Shown in pieces: positions 10,553 through 21,637 of a stretch of 22,206 nt of DNA. The notes beneath the pieces are model-generated. The model was not told the DNA's origin and did not search any database. It was given only the letters and a program-made list of their open reading frames with translations. How positions within the stretch are numbered: the first letter of the stretch is position 1; each line of letters begins with the position of its first letter. The translations under genes were made by a program, and so were the position numbers. The DNA is from Octopus sinensis (lineage: Eukaryota), in assembly GCF_006345805.1 (NCBI RefSeq), contig NW_021836965.1, positions 1 through 22,206 of the forward strand. Reading direction: 5' to 3'.

Positions 10553-10920
10553 ATATAAATATGTGTGCGTGTATATATGTATGTATATGTATATATATAT
10601 ATATATATATATACATACATACTTCCATACATACAAACATCCATGCATACATATATGCGTACATTCATAAATACCTCCATACATCCAAACATACATTTAT
10701 ATACGGAAACATTCATACATGAATACATTCAGATATTCAAGCGTAATACATGCATATATGCAAGCATTTATGTATGTGTGTATGCGTTTATATGTACAAG
10801 TATATTCAAATATATACCTATACACACACACACAAACACATACGCACACAGACATATATGCAGACAGCTAAACAGAGGAGAGAGAGAGACAAACAGACAG
10901 ACAGATAGCTAGATAAATAA
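10445..10920. repeat. (TA)n/(CATA)n/(CA)n/(GACA)n microsatellites
   Basis: Directly visible. Confidence 0.93.
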
Positions 10921-11149
10921 TTGGGTAGAGCAGCGAATAAGCGTTCTATAATGAATAAATAAATAAATAAGTAAATAGACTGAAACTAAATTGAATGAAA
11001 TTTCGAGAGAACTGCTTTATATTTTTGGCACTAATCTCTCATTAAAATACTTTCGTGTTTTGTTTTGGGTCGAAATATTTAAATTAAATCTTGTTTTGGT
11101 TACGTTTAATGTATATATAATAAACACACAGCCATTGTTTTCTTGTTAG

Positions 11150-11575
11150 CGCTGCTGCTGCTGCTGCTGCTGTTGCTATTACTACGACTTGTGGTAGTAC
11201 TAGTAGTAGTATTAGTAGTAGTAAAAGTAGTAGTAGTGTTTATTTTGTTTATGGTAAGTTTAGAAATTCCTGTGGTTAAATGTTGTTAACTCAGAGAAAT
11301 AACTAATTGATGCAAGATGACTAAGTTCAGAATGAATTCCAGCAAATAACAACAACAACAATAACGACATCGACTGAAGTAAAAAAAACAACCACAACAA
11401 CAACAACAACAACATCATCAACAACAACAACAACTGTTGCAGCGATAACTGTGGCTGAGGTAACAAGAGCAGCAATTATAGTAATAACAGTGACTAAAAC
11501 CGAAATTCTAACAGACAAGAACATTAACAAGAAAAATATTAGCCGTGGCAAAATAATGATTAGAGTCATTATAGT
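11150..11575. repeat. (GCT)n, (TAG)n and (AAC)n trinucleotide tracts
   Basis: Directly visible. Confidence 0.88.
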
Positions 11576-11579
11576 AAGA

Positions 11580-12160
11580 GGCGGCGAGCTGGCAGAATCG
11601 TTAGCATGCCGGGCGAAATGCTTAGCGGCATTTCGTCTGTCTTTACGTTCTGAGTTCAAATTCCGCCGAGGTCGACTTTGCCTTTTATCCTTTCGGTGTC
11701 GATAATTTAAGTACACGTTACGCACTGGGGTCGATGTAATCGACTTAATCCGCTTGTCTGTCCTTGGTTGTCCTCTATGTGTTTATCCCCTTGTGGGTAG
11801 TAAAGAAATAGGTATTTCGTTTGCGTTACGTTCTGAGTTCAAATTTCACCGAGGTCGACTTTGCCTTTTATCCTTTCGGGGTTGATGAATTAAGTACCAG
11901 TTGCGTACTGGGATCGATGTAATCGACTTAATCCGTTTGTCTGTCTTTGTTTGTCCTCCCTGTGTTTAGCCTCTTGTGGGTAGTAAAGAAATAGGTATTT
12001 CGTCTGCGTTACGTTCTGAGTTCAAATTTCACCGAGGTCGACTTTACCTTTTATCCTTTCGGGGTTGATGAATTAAGTACCAGTTACGCACTGGGATCGA
12101 TGTAATCGAATGGCTGCTTCCCACAAAATGTCTACCCTTGAGCCTAGAGTAGAAAAGAAT
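11580..12160 (+). mobile_element. Family-B tRNA-derived SINE in multimeric form: head, two ~184-bp units, a partial third unit, and tail
   Basis: Head GGCGGCGAGCTGGCAGAATCGTTAG with B-box-like GAGTTCAAATTCC. Units start at 11628, 11812 and 11995 and are joined by AAGAAATAG|GTATTTCG. Terminal CCTTGAGCCTAGAGTAGAAAAGAAT. Confidence 0.92.
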
Positions 12161-12317
12161 AGTTATCGTAACAACAACAACAACAACAGTAATATCAACA
12201 ATAATTGCAACAGCCATTAAGAACAATTGTAGCAGCCAGAGAACCAACGAGAACAGGAGTGGGAGCAACCAGAGCGACAACAGCCATTAGAGTAATGTCC
12301 CCTACCGAAGATGAGAT

Positions 12318-12399
12318 GGTGGAGAGAGATTTGCTGTTGACATAAACTGTTGGTTCAGCAGGCTTATCATGCTTATGTTTACCGCCATTTTCAATAAAA
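12318..12399. repeat. Left arm of 82-bp long-range inverted repeat
   Basis: 80/82 identical to the reverse complement of 15382-15463, checked base by base. Confidence 0.97.
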
Positions 12400-12402
12400 T
12401 CA

Positions 12403-12625
12403 GACGGTTGTCAAGCGATGGTGAGTGGAACAAACACACACATATATATATCTATATATAGGACGGGCTTCTTTCAGTTTCTGTCAGCCAAATCCACTCA
12501 CAGGGCTTTGGTCGGCTCGAGGCTATAGTAGAAAGATACTTGCCCAATGTGCCACGCTGTAGGACTGAACCCGGAACCATGTGGTTGGGAAGCAATCTTC
12601 TTACCACACAACCGCGCCTGTACCT
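12403..12625 (-). mobile_element. Family-A SINE with internal microsatellite and truncated tail
   Basis: 12461-12625 is the reverse-complement homologue of 2089-2245. 12403-12440 (CGGTTGTCAAGCGATGGTG...AACAAACAC) matches the recalled start of this family's tail. Confidence 0.9.
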
Positions 12626-12889
12626 ATATAAATATATCTACCATAGTCTTAAAAAGTAATTTCAATGATGTTAATATATATTTCCAATAGAATGTCTTCG
12701 ATTTCTTTCCGAACTTTATTAATCAATTGTCTTACGGAAAATGTAAATTTCATATCGATTTTCTTCCATAGTTTATCATTTAAACATCTTACGAGTTAAG
12801 ATTTATGTCTGTAATTTCCTTCCGTAGTTTGAACGTTACATATGTAGACAGAAAGGGTTGTTCCTATTTTCCTTTGCTTTATTTTGAAG

Positions 12890-12926
12890 AAGGGACAGGA
12901 CCCTCCCTTGATGCCCCTCGGGAATG
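12890..12926 (+). other. Candidate 37-nt exon ending in ATG
   Basis: Strong polypyrimidine acceptor CCTATTTTCCTTTGCTTTATTTTGAAG|, GC-rich body, donor GGAATG|GTGAGA. An in-frame TGA precedes the terminal ATG, as expected for a 5'UTR exon. Confidence 0.35.
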
Positions 12927-13124
12927 GTGAGATTGATGCTTTTAATGATCCATTTAGCAGACAGCTATTAATCGCTCCAAATGGGAAATGTTAAGTGATC
13001 GATAATTGAAAAAAAAAAGTATATTTAAAACCAATAAGCAAACAAAAATCTACATTGTTCGCCATCCCCACCCCCCACCATTAAACAATATCTTTAGTGA
13101 TGACAACACCACGGCACGAACCAC

Positions 13125-13275
13125 CGCCCGAACACCACCACCACAAGCATAACCCACTAACAAAACTACTACCGTCACCCCCACCACCCTCACCCCACCA
13201 CCACCACCACCACCACCACCACCACCATAAAACAGCACTATCAGCATTCTCAGCGCCGCCGCCCCTTCCACCACC
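13125..13275. repeat. (CAC)n / C-rich repeat
   Basis: Directly visible; explains the poly-P/H/G ORFs. Confidence 0.9.
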
Positions 13276-13419
13276 ACGTCATCCTCGTGACCAAGCCGTC
13301 CAGCCAATGTCTTCACCAATCGCAGCCGCCATTTTTATGATCCCAGAATCTAGAAAAACAATTGAGTTTTCAGATGCTTTGCCAAAACTTGTCTTCTTTT
13401 CTTTTCATTTATTTTGTAT

Positions 13420-13937
13420 GTACGTGTGTACGAGAGGGTGTATATGCTTGTGTGTGTGTGTGTGTTTATATATGAGAGTATGTATAAGTACTTTGTATAC
13501 ATATGTATATACGCTTGCATCTTTGTATGTGTTTCTGTATGACAGCTTGCAGGTTTCTTTATATACAAGCAAACATATGCATATATAGGTGTACGTAGAT
13601 ATGTATATAATGCATGTATATATTGATGTATGAGTGTAAGCGATGTGTATATATATATAAGTGCATACATATGTATACATATATATATATACACATAAAT
13701 AGATGAACTTATGTGTATGTAAATGCGTATGTTTGTATATATGCCTTAATTTCTGTATATGTCCGCCTTACAATAAACACAGTGTGTGTGTGTGTTTATG
13801 TATGTATGTATGTATGTATATATATGTACATATATATACACACATACTTTATTAATAAAGCTGCAAAGACATCACAAAAACCTTGATATATATGTATACA
13901 TACACACATATATATGTATATATGTGTGTGTGTGCAC

Positions 13938-13985
<48 letters not shown>

Positions 13986-14334
13986 GTATAAACATATAAA
14001 CATACATCTATACACGCACATACGTACATACACATGCACTCCGACCGACAACATATACGTATATATATAAGCATATATGCATATATGTATGTGCAGGTAC
14101 GTGTGTATGTATGTATATGTGTGTATGTATTTACATATGTATTATACATACTTGACGTAGACATGTGTGAATGCTTGCTTATATTCAAAACATAAATGTC
14201 TGTATATACACATTAATAGATTTCTGTACTTATGTTTATATAAAAGTATGTATTTAAGAAGATTGAGGTGCAGGCGGGTATACATACATATATATATATA
14301 TATACACATACATATATATGTGTGTGTGTGTGTG

Positions 14335-14411
<77 letters not shown>

Positions 14412-14722
14412 ATAAACGGGTATAAATGTATCTTTGTGCTTCTGTAGGAGGGATTTGACTTAGGTTTATGCGTTTCTGTTTATTGTTCATTCTCACAGTT
14501 ATCAGCAGACACATACACTCACACGCATTCACACATCTGCGTAAACTATAGGTACATGGACACGTACATGTGTATGTATATGTATGTATGTGTTTATGTA
14601 TGTATGCTTCTATGTAAGTATATATGTAGAGAGGGATACGTATACATGCGTACGCATATCTATACATATATGTATATATATGTATGTATATATATATATG
14701 TATATATATGTACGTATATATG

Positions 14723-14787
<65 letters not shown>

Positions 14788-15020
14788 ATAAATATGTATG
14801 TGTGCGTCTTATACGGGTATATATAGATCGTGGCATGTGTTTGAGTGCTCTTATGTATGTGTAATTGCGTGTCATTTTATGCATGTATTTATGTCTGTAT
14901 GCGTGTATGTATAATATTTAGGTACGTATGGATTTATGTGTGTATTCATATCTACATATATATATATACGTTATAGAGCATTAGCTGTAAGAACTTCTAT
15001 CTATATATGTATATATTATA

Positions 15021-15059
<39 letters not shown>

Positions 15060-15074
15060 CACATATATATACAC

Positions 15075-15105
<31 letters not shown>

Positions 15106-15270
15106 CATACAAGTTTATATATATATATATACGTTTATATACACACACACACACACCTAATATATATATATTTAAGTATATAAAAGAAGAAAGAGAGTGA
15201 GAAAGAGAGAAAGAGAGATTAAGAGAAAGAGAGAGAGAAAAAGAAAGAAAGAGTGAATGGCTGATTGAGA
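13420..15270. repeat. (TA)n/(TG)n/(TATG)n/(GA)n microsatellite-rich tract
   Basis: Directly visible. Confidence 0.92.
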
Positions 15271-15381
15271 GAAGAAGGGAAGCAAGAAAAAGAAATGTGC
15301 CCTCGCTGAACTCAATGCATATAAAACAGAGCAATATTGTAAATGAGAAAAAATGGTTGCCAATCATAAAAAATGCTCTAT

Positions 15382-15463
15382 TTTTATTGAAAATGGCGGT
15401 AAACATAAGCATGATAAGCCTGCTGAACCAACAGTTTACGTCAACAGCAAATCCCTCTCCACC
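15382..15463. repeat. Right arm of 82-bp long-range inverted repeat
   Basis: Reverse complement of 12318-12399 except C15439 (opposite A12342) and C15454 (opposite A12327). Confidence 0.97.
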
Positions 15464-15659
15464 CTCCCCACCCCCATCCCCTGGCTTATTTACCGCCCTT
15501 CGCTTTCTCTTTCTACTTTACCTCCATCCTATCTTACATCTCTTCGTTTTTTCTACTCACCAAGAAGTGCGATGTGTACTTCAGGACGCCATATTGTTGA
15601 GAATTCATCTTCCTGTACATACATCAATTTCTTTATCAATTTTTATCCTAAACGTCCCT

Positions 15660-15767
15660 ATTTGTTGTTGTTGTTGTTGCTGTTGTTCTTGTTCTTGTTC
15701 TTGTTCTTCTTGTTCTTCTTGTTCTTCTTCTTCTTTTCCTTAATTTCTTTTACCCTTACAAACTTCA

Positions 15768-15839
<72 letters not shown>

Positions 15840-16060
15840 GTGTCTAAATGTTTATCTCTGCATATATATATATATGTATATATATATATGTATTTATGTA
15901 AGTACGGCAGTCTTACACGCATTCATTCTCTCTCTCTCTCTCCCTCGCTCTCTCCATTTCTTATTTACACTTACTGCAGACCATCAGCATAATTTTAATT
16001 GTCTTCTTCTTCTTCTTCTTCTTCTTCTCCCCCTCCTCCTCCTCAACATCATCATCATCA
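15660..16060. repeat. (TTG)n/(TTC)n, (TCTA)n, (TA)n, (CTT)n/(CCT)n/(CAT)n microsatellites
   Basis: Directly visible. Confidence 0.92.
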
Positions 16061-16061
16061 A

Positions 16062-16215
16062 GGCGGTGAGATGGCAGAATCGTTAGCACGTTGGGCAAAA
16101 TGCTTAGCGTCATTTAGTTCATCCTTACGTTTTTGAGTTCAAATTCCGCCGAGGTCGACTTTGCCTTTCCTCCTTTCAGGGTCCATAAAATACGAGAAAG
16201 CACCAGTTGAGCTCT
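16062..16215 (+). mobile_element. Family-B SINE monomer, 3' truncated
   Basis: GGCGGTGAGATGGCAGAATCGTTAG...GAGTTCAAATTCCGCCGAGGTCGACTTTGCC aligns with 11580-11720. Confidence 0.9.
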
Positions 16216-16420
16216 GTTAGATTTTAGGAGTGTTGATGCCTTGCAGTACACTGCAGTGTTTTAATAACATGGCATTTAGATACGCTATCACGCTCGTCAA
16301 AAACGCATCCGACACCAGGTGGGGCTACGACCTGTCAATCTAGAAGTTCCCCTTTGTTTGTTTATTTAAACGCGTCCACCGTGTATTACCGGTTTGATAG
16401 GCCTGTCTCATCCTCACCAT

Positions 16421-16560
16421 ATTACGCGTTTTTGCCACCTGAATAAACGAGAGCAGCATCAAATAAAATCGTTTGCTCAAGAACACAACGCATCGCCCGA
16501 TCCATGAACCGAAACCACAAGAGTACAACAGCCTAACCAGCAACTGAGGCGCTTCCGCAC
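16421..16560 (-). mobile_element. Decayed tRNA-derived SINE (family D) with V-domain-like TGTGTTCTTGAGCAA
   Basis: Minus strand reads GCGCCTCAG..TGGTTAGG...GGTTTCGGTTCATGGATCGGGCGATGCGTTGTGTTCTTGAGCAA...CAGGTGGCAAAAA. Confidence 0.6.
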
Positions 16561-16869
16561 TACTACGTCAGTGATAACTAAAATATAATATTATACGTTT
16601 CAAGAGTGTTATGAGATTTATAACGTTTTAGAGGATTTAATGCAATATAGAGTAACTGCGTGCGTTGGTTTACGTTAGGAATGAGTTGTGTTGTAGAGAT
16701 GTTACACAATATAGAAGCGGTTGTACAAATGTATTAATGTAGAGTGATTGCATTTTCACAATACAATGATGTGTTATGGGAAGAAAATAACGAAGTGTAG
16801 TTCTATTGTGACAGGAAGATGTTTTGCTGTAGAAACATTTTACCGAGCAGAAGAGAAAGTCAAGATTAA

Positions 16870-17091
16870 GCCTTTAGCATTTAAACCGGCCAAATCAGGT
16901 GCAAATATTCAACCTGTTATTATGCTGAAGCCAGCTTGATCTGGCCTCTTACATCTAACCGACAATGCTATGCTAAAAGAAACAATCGCATCCTCGAAAT
17001 CTCAAAGCTATGAGATAATACAGGATTAATTGAAAACAATGTAAAATAAAGAAGTATAACATTTGACAGTTTAATCTGAATGCTTAAAGTG
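16870..17091. mobile_element. 222-bp MITE with TTAA target duplication (piggyBac-like)
   Basis: TTAA at 16866-16869 and 17092-17095. Ends GCCTTTAGCATT and AATGCTTAAAGTG form degenerate TIRs (inferred consensus CCCTTTAGCATT). Confidence 0.75.
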
Positions 17092-17944
17092 TTAAAAGAA
17101 GAGAAATTAGAATCTTATATAATGCAGTGTTGCGTTAAACAAGTTGGGGGAATAAAGTGTAGCGTTGTAGAAATGTAGTGTTATTTAGAGCAGTGTAGTA
17201 TGTAAGACATAAGTGTAAAGCAACAGTGTTGTGAGATTAAAGTGTTATGTAGAAGTGGAGTGCAATGTAGAATACCGTTCTATGTGAGATTAGAATGCAG
17301 GGAATTAGTGTTCGGGGGAGGGGGTTAAAATGTTATGAGAAGAAGTGTAGTGTAATGTTCTTTAGCGTAATACAGTGTTATGTAATGTATAGCTTGTCGT
17401 GCAGTATACGTGTAGGCAGTGTAAGGTAATGAAAAGTAGTCAAGTGTAATGTATGGCAGGGAAGTGTAGTCGTTTGTAGTGTGGTGAAGTGTAGTTGATG
17501 AAGTTTGGTGTAGTGTATTGTGTATTGCAGTGTTATGTTCTCTGCTGCAATGAATGATGTAGTATAAGAGGCATATCTGAGTGTGGTGTAGTGTAAGAGA
17601 GTGTAGTGTAACGCAGTGCAGTGTGTTTATGTAATGAAGTTTATCGTTGTGTGGTTTGAAGAAGAGTAGTACTGTGCAGTGAACTGTTGCGCAGCGTTGT
17701 AAAACGCAATATAATGTAGTGTAGTGTTGTGTAGAGTAATGCAGTGTAGCACCAAGTAGTGTAGTATAAGACAATGTAGAAATGTAGTGCAGTGTAGTCT
17801 GGTGCAACGTAATGTAATCCCCTTTAGTTGAAAGTCGTTTTATTATATGACGTAATATGGTAATATTGTGTGACATTGTGTAATATGGTTTGGTGTGCTT
17901 TAAGTGGTGTGGAGCAAAATAGTGTTGTAAAGTGCAATATAGAT

Positions 17945-18074
17945 CTGAAATTTTGTCATAGGGCCAACAATTTCCTGAAATGAGTTAATCAATTACATCG
18001 ATACCAGTGATTTACTGGTACTCTGTTTTATCGACCATTTTGTCCGGAGCAGCAACGATTCTACCAGCTCGTCG
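17945..18074 (-). mobile_element. Family-B SINE, decayed and internally deleted
   Basis: Minus strand: CGACGAGCTGGTAGAATCGTTGCTGCTCCGGACAAAATG joined directly to GTCGATAAAACAGAGTACCAGT...ATCGATGTAATTG; the B-box segment is absent. Confidence 0.75.
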
Positions 18075-18539
18075 ACTTCAGAGTAATATTCAGTGGAGCA
18101 GTGTAGTGTTGTATATTGTAATGTTTATTTGTTTCACTCAGTGTTTGTTACGTAATAAAATGTAGTTTAACTAATACTACACAATACAGTGTCGAGTAAC
18201 TTTAATGATATTGTCGTGTGGTGGTCTTGTGTAACGGCAACGAGTGCGGTGAAGGGTAACGCATTACAGTGTGATGAGGTGTAGAATAATCTATCGTAAC
18301 GTTTTCGCTTCTATATAACATGAAATAATAGGTAAATAATGTTCTATAATGCCGTGAAGTGTAATACATTAGATTATTGTGAGCTCTAAAGTTGTGTGTC
18401 TGTATAACAGTCTCACGAATTCCAATCTTCAGATCTGACGCTGGTGCGACGCGAACTGGTCAACGGTGATTCTTCAGATATTTGTCGACTCTACTTACGT
18501 TCTCGGATATACTCCTATGGCAGCGCCCAATAAGCACCG

Positions 18540-18739
18540 TAAACACACACACACGCTCGCATACACACACACTCACGCACACACACACACACACACACAT
18601 ATATATACATTCATAGACACACAGACACACACACATACACACACATACACGCACGCACCTTCCCCACAAACACAGACACATTCTAAAACGTGTGTATTCA
18701 TATACATGCTGATACCCCCCCCCACACACCACATACAAT

Positions 18740-18775
<36 letters not shown>

Positions 18776-20251
18776 TATATAACCAGGCACACGTGCACAC
18801 AGTCACTCTTTTACACACGCTGCAACATCTACTGGTACATACACATACACATCACAACACACAAACACTACGCATATTCTCCAGACTACACACGCATACA
18901 CATGTTATATCAGTCCTAGATACACATACATACAGCACAATACACAATCACTATACACATTCTATGTCACAGGATCACACACTCACACATATACGCACAC
19001 ACGCACAAGGCACACAAGTATAAACACGTATAGTTCACAACACACATTCTACACACGACACGTGACATACACTACCAACACGCATCACACAAGCATCTCA
19101 GGTAACACCACGCAACACTGGATCATACACAAACAGGCACCGCCACACACGCCATGAGCCTCTACACACCAAAGTCCCATATAAAAACATATACTCACAT
19201 ATTGATATACACACACATACCATCATACACGTGATACACATGTACACACCTCAGCCACCTACAAAAGCACATATACGTACATTAATACGGAGCCATACAC
19301 ACACAACCTTAGGTAATTAGATGCATACACGCACAGACACAGAAACAGGCGTAAAGACAATGCATAACACATACACACACGGCATATACTTGCATGCCAA
19401 AACATCATCTACAAACAGGCGATATAAACACATGCACAGGAAAGCAACTTAATACATCCATACATACACACATCGCATATGTACAAAATATACATACATA
19501 CATACATACATACATACATCATACATACATGCATACATACACATTACATGCGCATATAAACACACACACACAAATCACGTATAAACATGAGCAATTGAAT
19601 ATGCGCAGATATACGAAGACACGCACACACACAGAAATACGTTTATAGATTCGCAGTCACAAACACACATAGGCATGATGGCAGCTACGGAAGGATTGCT
19701 GTGCTCATTAACCGGAAGCGGTTGGTTTGCGTGACATAACCCATAATGCATTAGTCATTGGAATGCTCTGCAATTCATCATGTTATTCGATACTTTTCCA
19801 ATCCGTTTGGTCCTAGCAGCAAGAATTCGCTGGATAACAACATCCGTACGCAGAAACACACACGAATTCATGTACAGTGTATGTGTGCATATATATTTAC
19901 ATATACATATGTGTGTATACTTATGTATGTATATATGTATGTATATGTACACACACATATACATATATACACGTCTATATATATACTTATATATAAAAGC
20001 AGGCATTCACATACACTTACATACACACGCTCATACACATTTATATATATATATATATGTATATACATATATGTATTATAATATATATATATAATATATT
20101 GTATGTATATATATATATATATGTATGTATATATATATATATAATATTTGATACATACATATATACATGCATACTCAGCTAATACAAAACATTGAATTGC
20201 TGAATAGGCAAAAGGAACATGTACTCACACGCAAACATGGACGCTGATATG

Positions 20252-20309
<58 letters not shown>

Positions 20310-20890
20310 GTACGTATGTGTGTCTATGCAACATAAGTGGAGATGTTTATACATGCAAATTCCCATGCCTATACAAGCACATACACAATCGGTCTCTCTC
20401 TCTCCCCCACACCCACACACACAGATATAAATACATGCGTAAATATTTACATAAATACATACACAGATACCCAGGAGTGCGTACGTGTATGCGTGTGTGT
20501 GGTGTGTGTGTGTGTGTGTGCGTGTGATTGTGTGTGTGTGTGTGGAAAAGAAGTGTTCGTGTTCGCTTGCTACACAAGTATTTGTATAGCGTTTGGAAAC
20601 AAGACATTATGAGATATATAGATATATATATCTAATATATATATATATATATATATATATGTATAGCCACGGCAACGCACATGTTGAACATAGTGTATGT
20701 GTGGTGTGTGTTAAATATGATAAAGATCAATGCAATCATGAAGATTATATATATATATATTATATATATATATATATAATATATATAATATATATATATA
20801 TATATGTGTATGTGTGTGTGTATTATATATGTGTGTGTGTGGTATGTCTGTAGGTATGTATGTATATGTGTATGTGTGTGTGTATGTGTG
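18540..20890. repeat. (CA)n-rich, (CATA)n, (TA)n and (TG)n low-complexity tract, with a unique island at ~19670-19860
   Basis: Directly visible; explains the THTH/YIYI ORFs. Confidence 0.9.
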
Positions 20891-20955
20891 CATTATTGAA
20901 GTGAATTGGAATATATATTAAATATATGTTTTAAATTACAAACTTATAAATTCTC

Positions 20956-20982
20956 ATGATGTCCACCACACAAATTTGTATG
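20956..20982 (+). CDS. Candidate first coding exon (MMSTTQICM)
   Basis: In-frame TAA at 20947-20949, ATG at 20956, phase-0 donor ATG|GTATGA at 20983. Splices in frame to 21638 and gives a plausible signal-peptide n-region. The donor is only moderate. Confidence 0.4.
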
Positions 20983-21030
20983 GTATGAATAAAGTTCCTA
21001 AAATGAATTTTTACATTCAGAACAGTGCTT

Positions 21031-21100
21031 TGGCTCAGTGGTAAAAAAACCTGGCATGTTTACAGCATATGTGAGTTCGAGTTGAACAGGCAGCCTTTGG
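21031..21100 (+). mobile_element. Decayed tRNA-like SINE head
   Basis: A-box TGGCTCAGTGG (21031-21041) and B-box-like GAGTTCGAGT (21073-21082); no intact cloverleaf. Confidence 0.5.
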
Positions 21101-21158
21101 TTTCCTCTCTTTGGATGTTATTTTTTTTTTCATAAACCTAATATTTAGTCGCAATTAA

Positions 21159-21552
21159 GGCGGTGAGCTGGCTGAACCATTAGGACGCTGGGCGAAATGC
21201 TCAGCGGCATTTCGTCTGCTGTTACGTTCTAAGTTCCCATTCCTCCGATGTCGACTTTGCCTTTCATCCTTTCGGGGTCGATAAATTAAGTACCAGTTAC
21301 GCACTGGGCTCGATATAATCGACTTAATCCGTCTGTTTGTCCATTTTGTCTTCTGTGTTTAGCCCCTAGTGGGTAGTAAAGAAATAGGTATTTCGTCTGC
21401 CGTAACGTTCTGAGTTCAAATTCCGCCGAGGTCGAATTTTATCCTTTCAGGGTCGATTAAATAAGTTCCAGTTACGCACCGGGGTCGATGTAATCGACTT
21501 AATCCGTTTGTCCGTCTTTGTTTGTCTCCTCTGTGTTTATCCCGCTGTGGGC
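21159..21552 (+). mobile_element. Family-B SINE dimer: head plus 2 units, second truncated
   Basis: Units start at 21207 and 21388, with the same AAGAAATAG|GTATTTCG junction as the 11580 copy. Confidence 0.92.
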
Positions 21553-21637
21553 ATATATATATATATATATATATCGTTACTATTATATGTTAAACTGCCG
21601 TATGCCAAATTGCGCCAAATACGTTTTTTTTTTCCAG

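Larger units (their letters stand above)
16640..18390. repeat. Degenerate pentamer satellite, (GTGTA/GTAGT/ATGTA)n, G+T-rich on +
   Basis: For example GTAGTGTAGTGTTGTGTAGAGTAATGCAGTGTAGC near 17718. Interrupted by a MITE and a SINE. Boundaries are fuzzy. Confidence 0.8.

Noticed and set aside
11628-12108. ~183-bp tandem units as a retrozyme or CRISPR-like array
   Set aside because: No CUGANGA...GAAA hammerhead core and no repeat-spacer alternation; the units are SINE body.
12630-12840. Minus-strand partial frames with repeated KLRKEI/KLWKKI/KVRKEI-like peptides
   Set aside because: Broken by stops and a frameshift; no family recognised. Probably a degenerate duplication or old TE fragment.
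12318-15463. Inverted repeat as the TIRs of a 3.1-kb DNA transposon
   Set aside because: No target-site duplication, no recognisable terminal motif and no transposase remnant inside; not fully excluded.
13097-20893. Numerous His/Pro/Thr/Tyr/Cys-rich ORFs in the track
   Set aside because: All derive from (CAC)n, (CA)n, (TA)n or (TG)n repeats.
21031-21100. Possible tRNA gene
   Set aside because: A and B boxes are present but the acceptor and anticodon stems do not pair; better explained as a SINE head.
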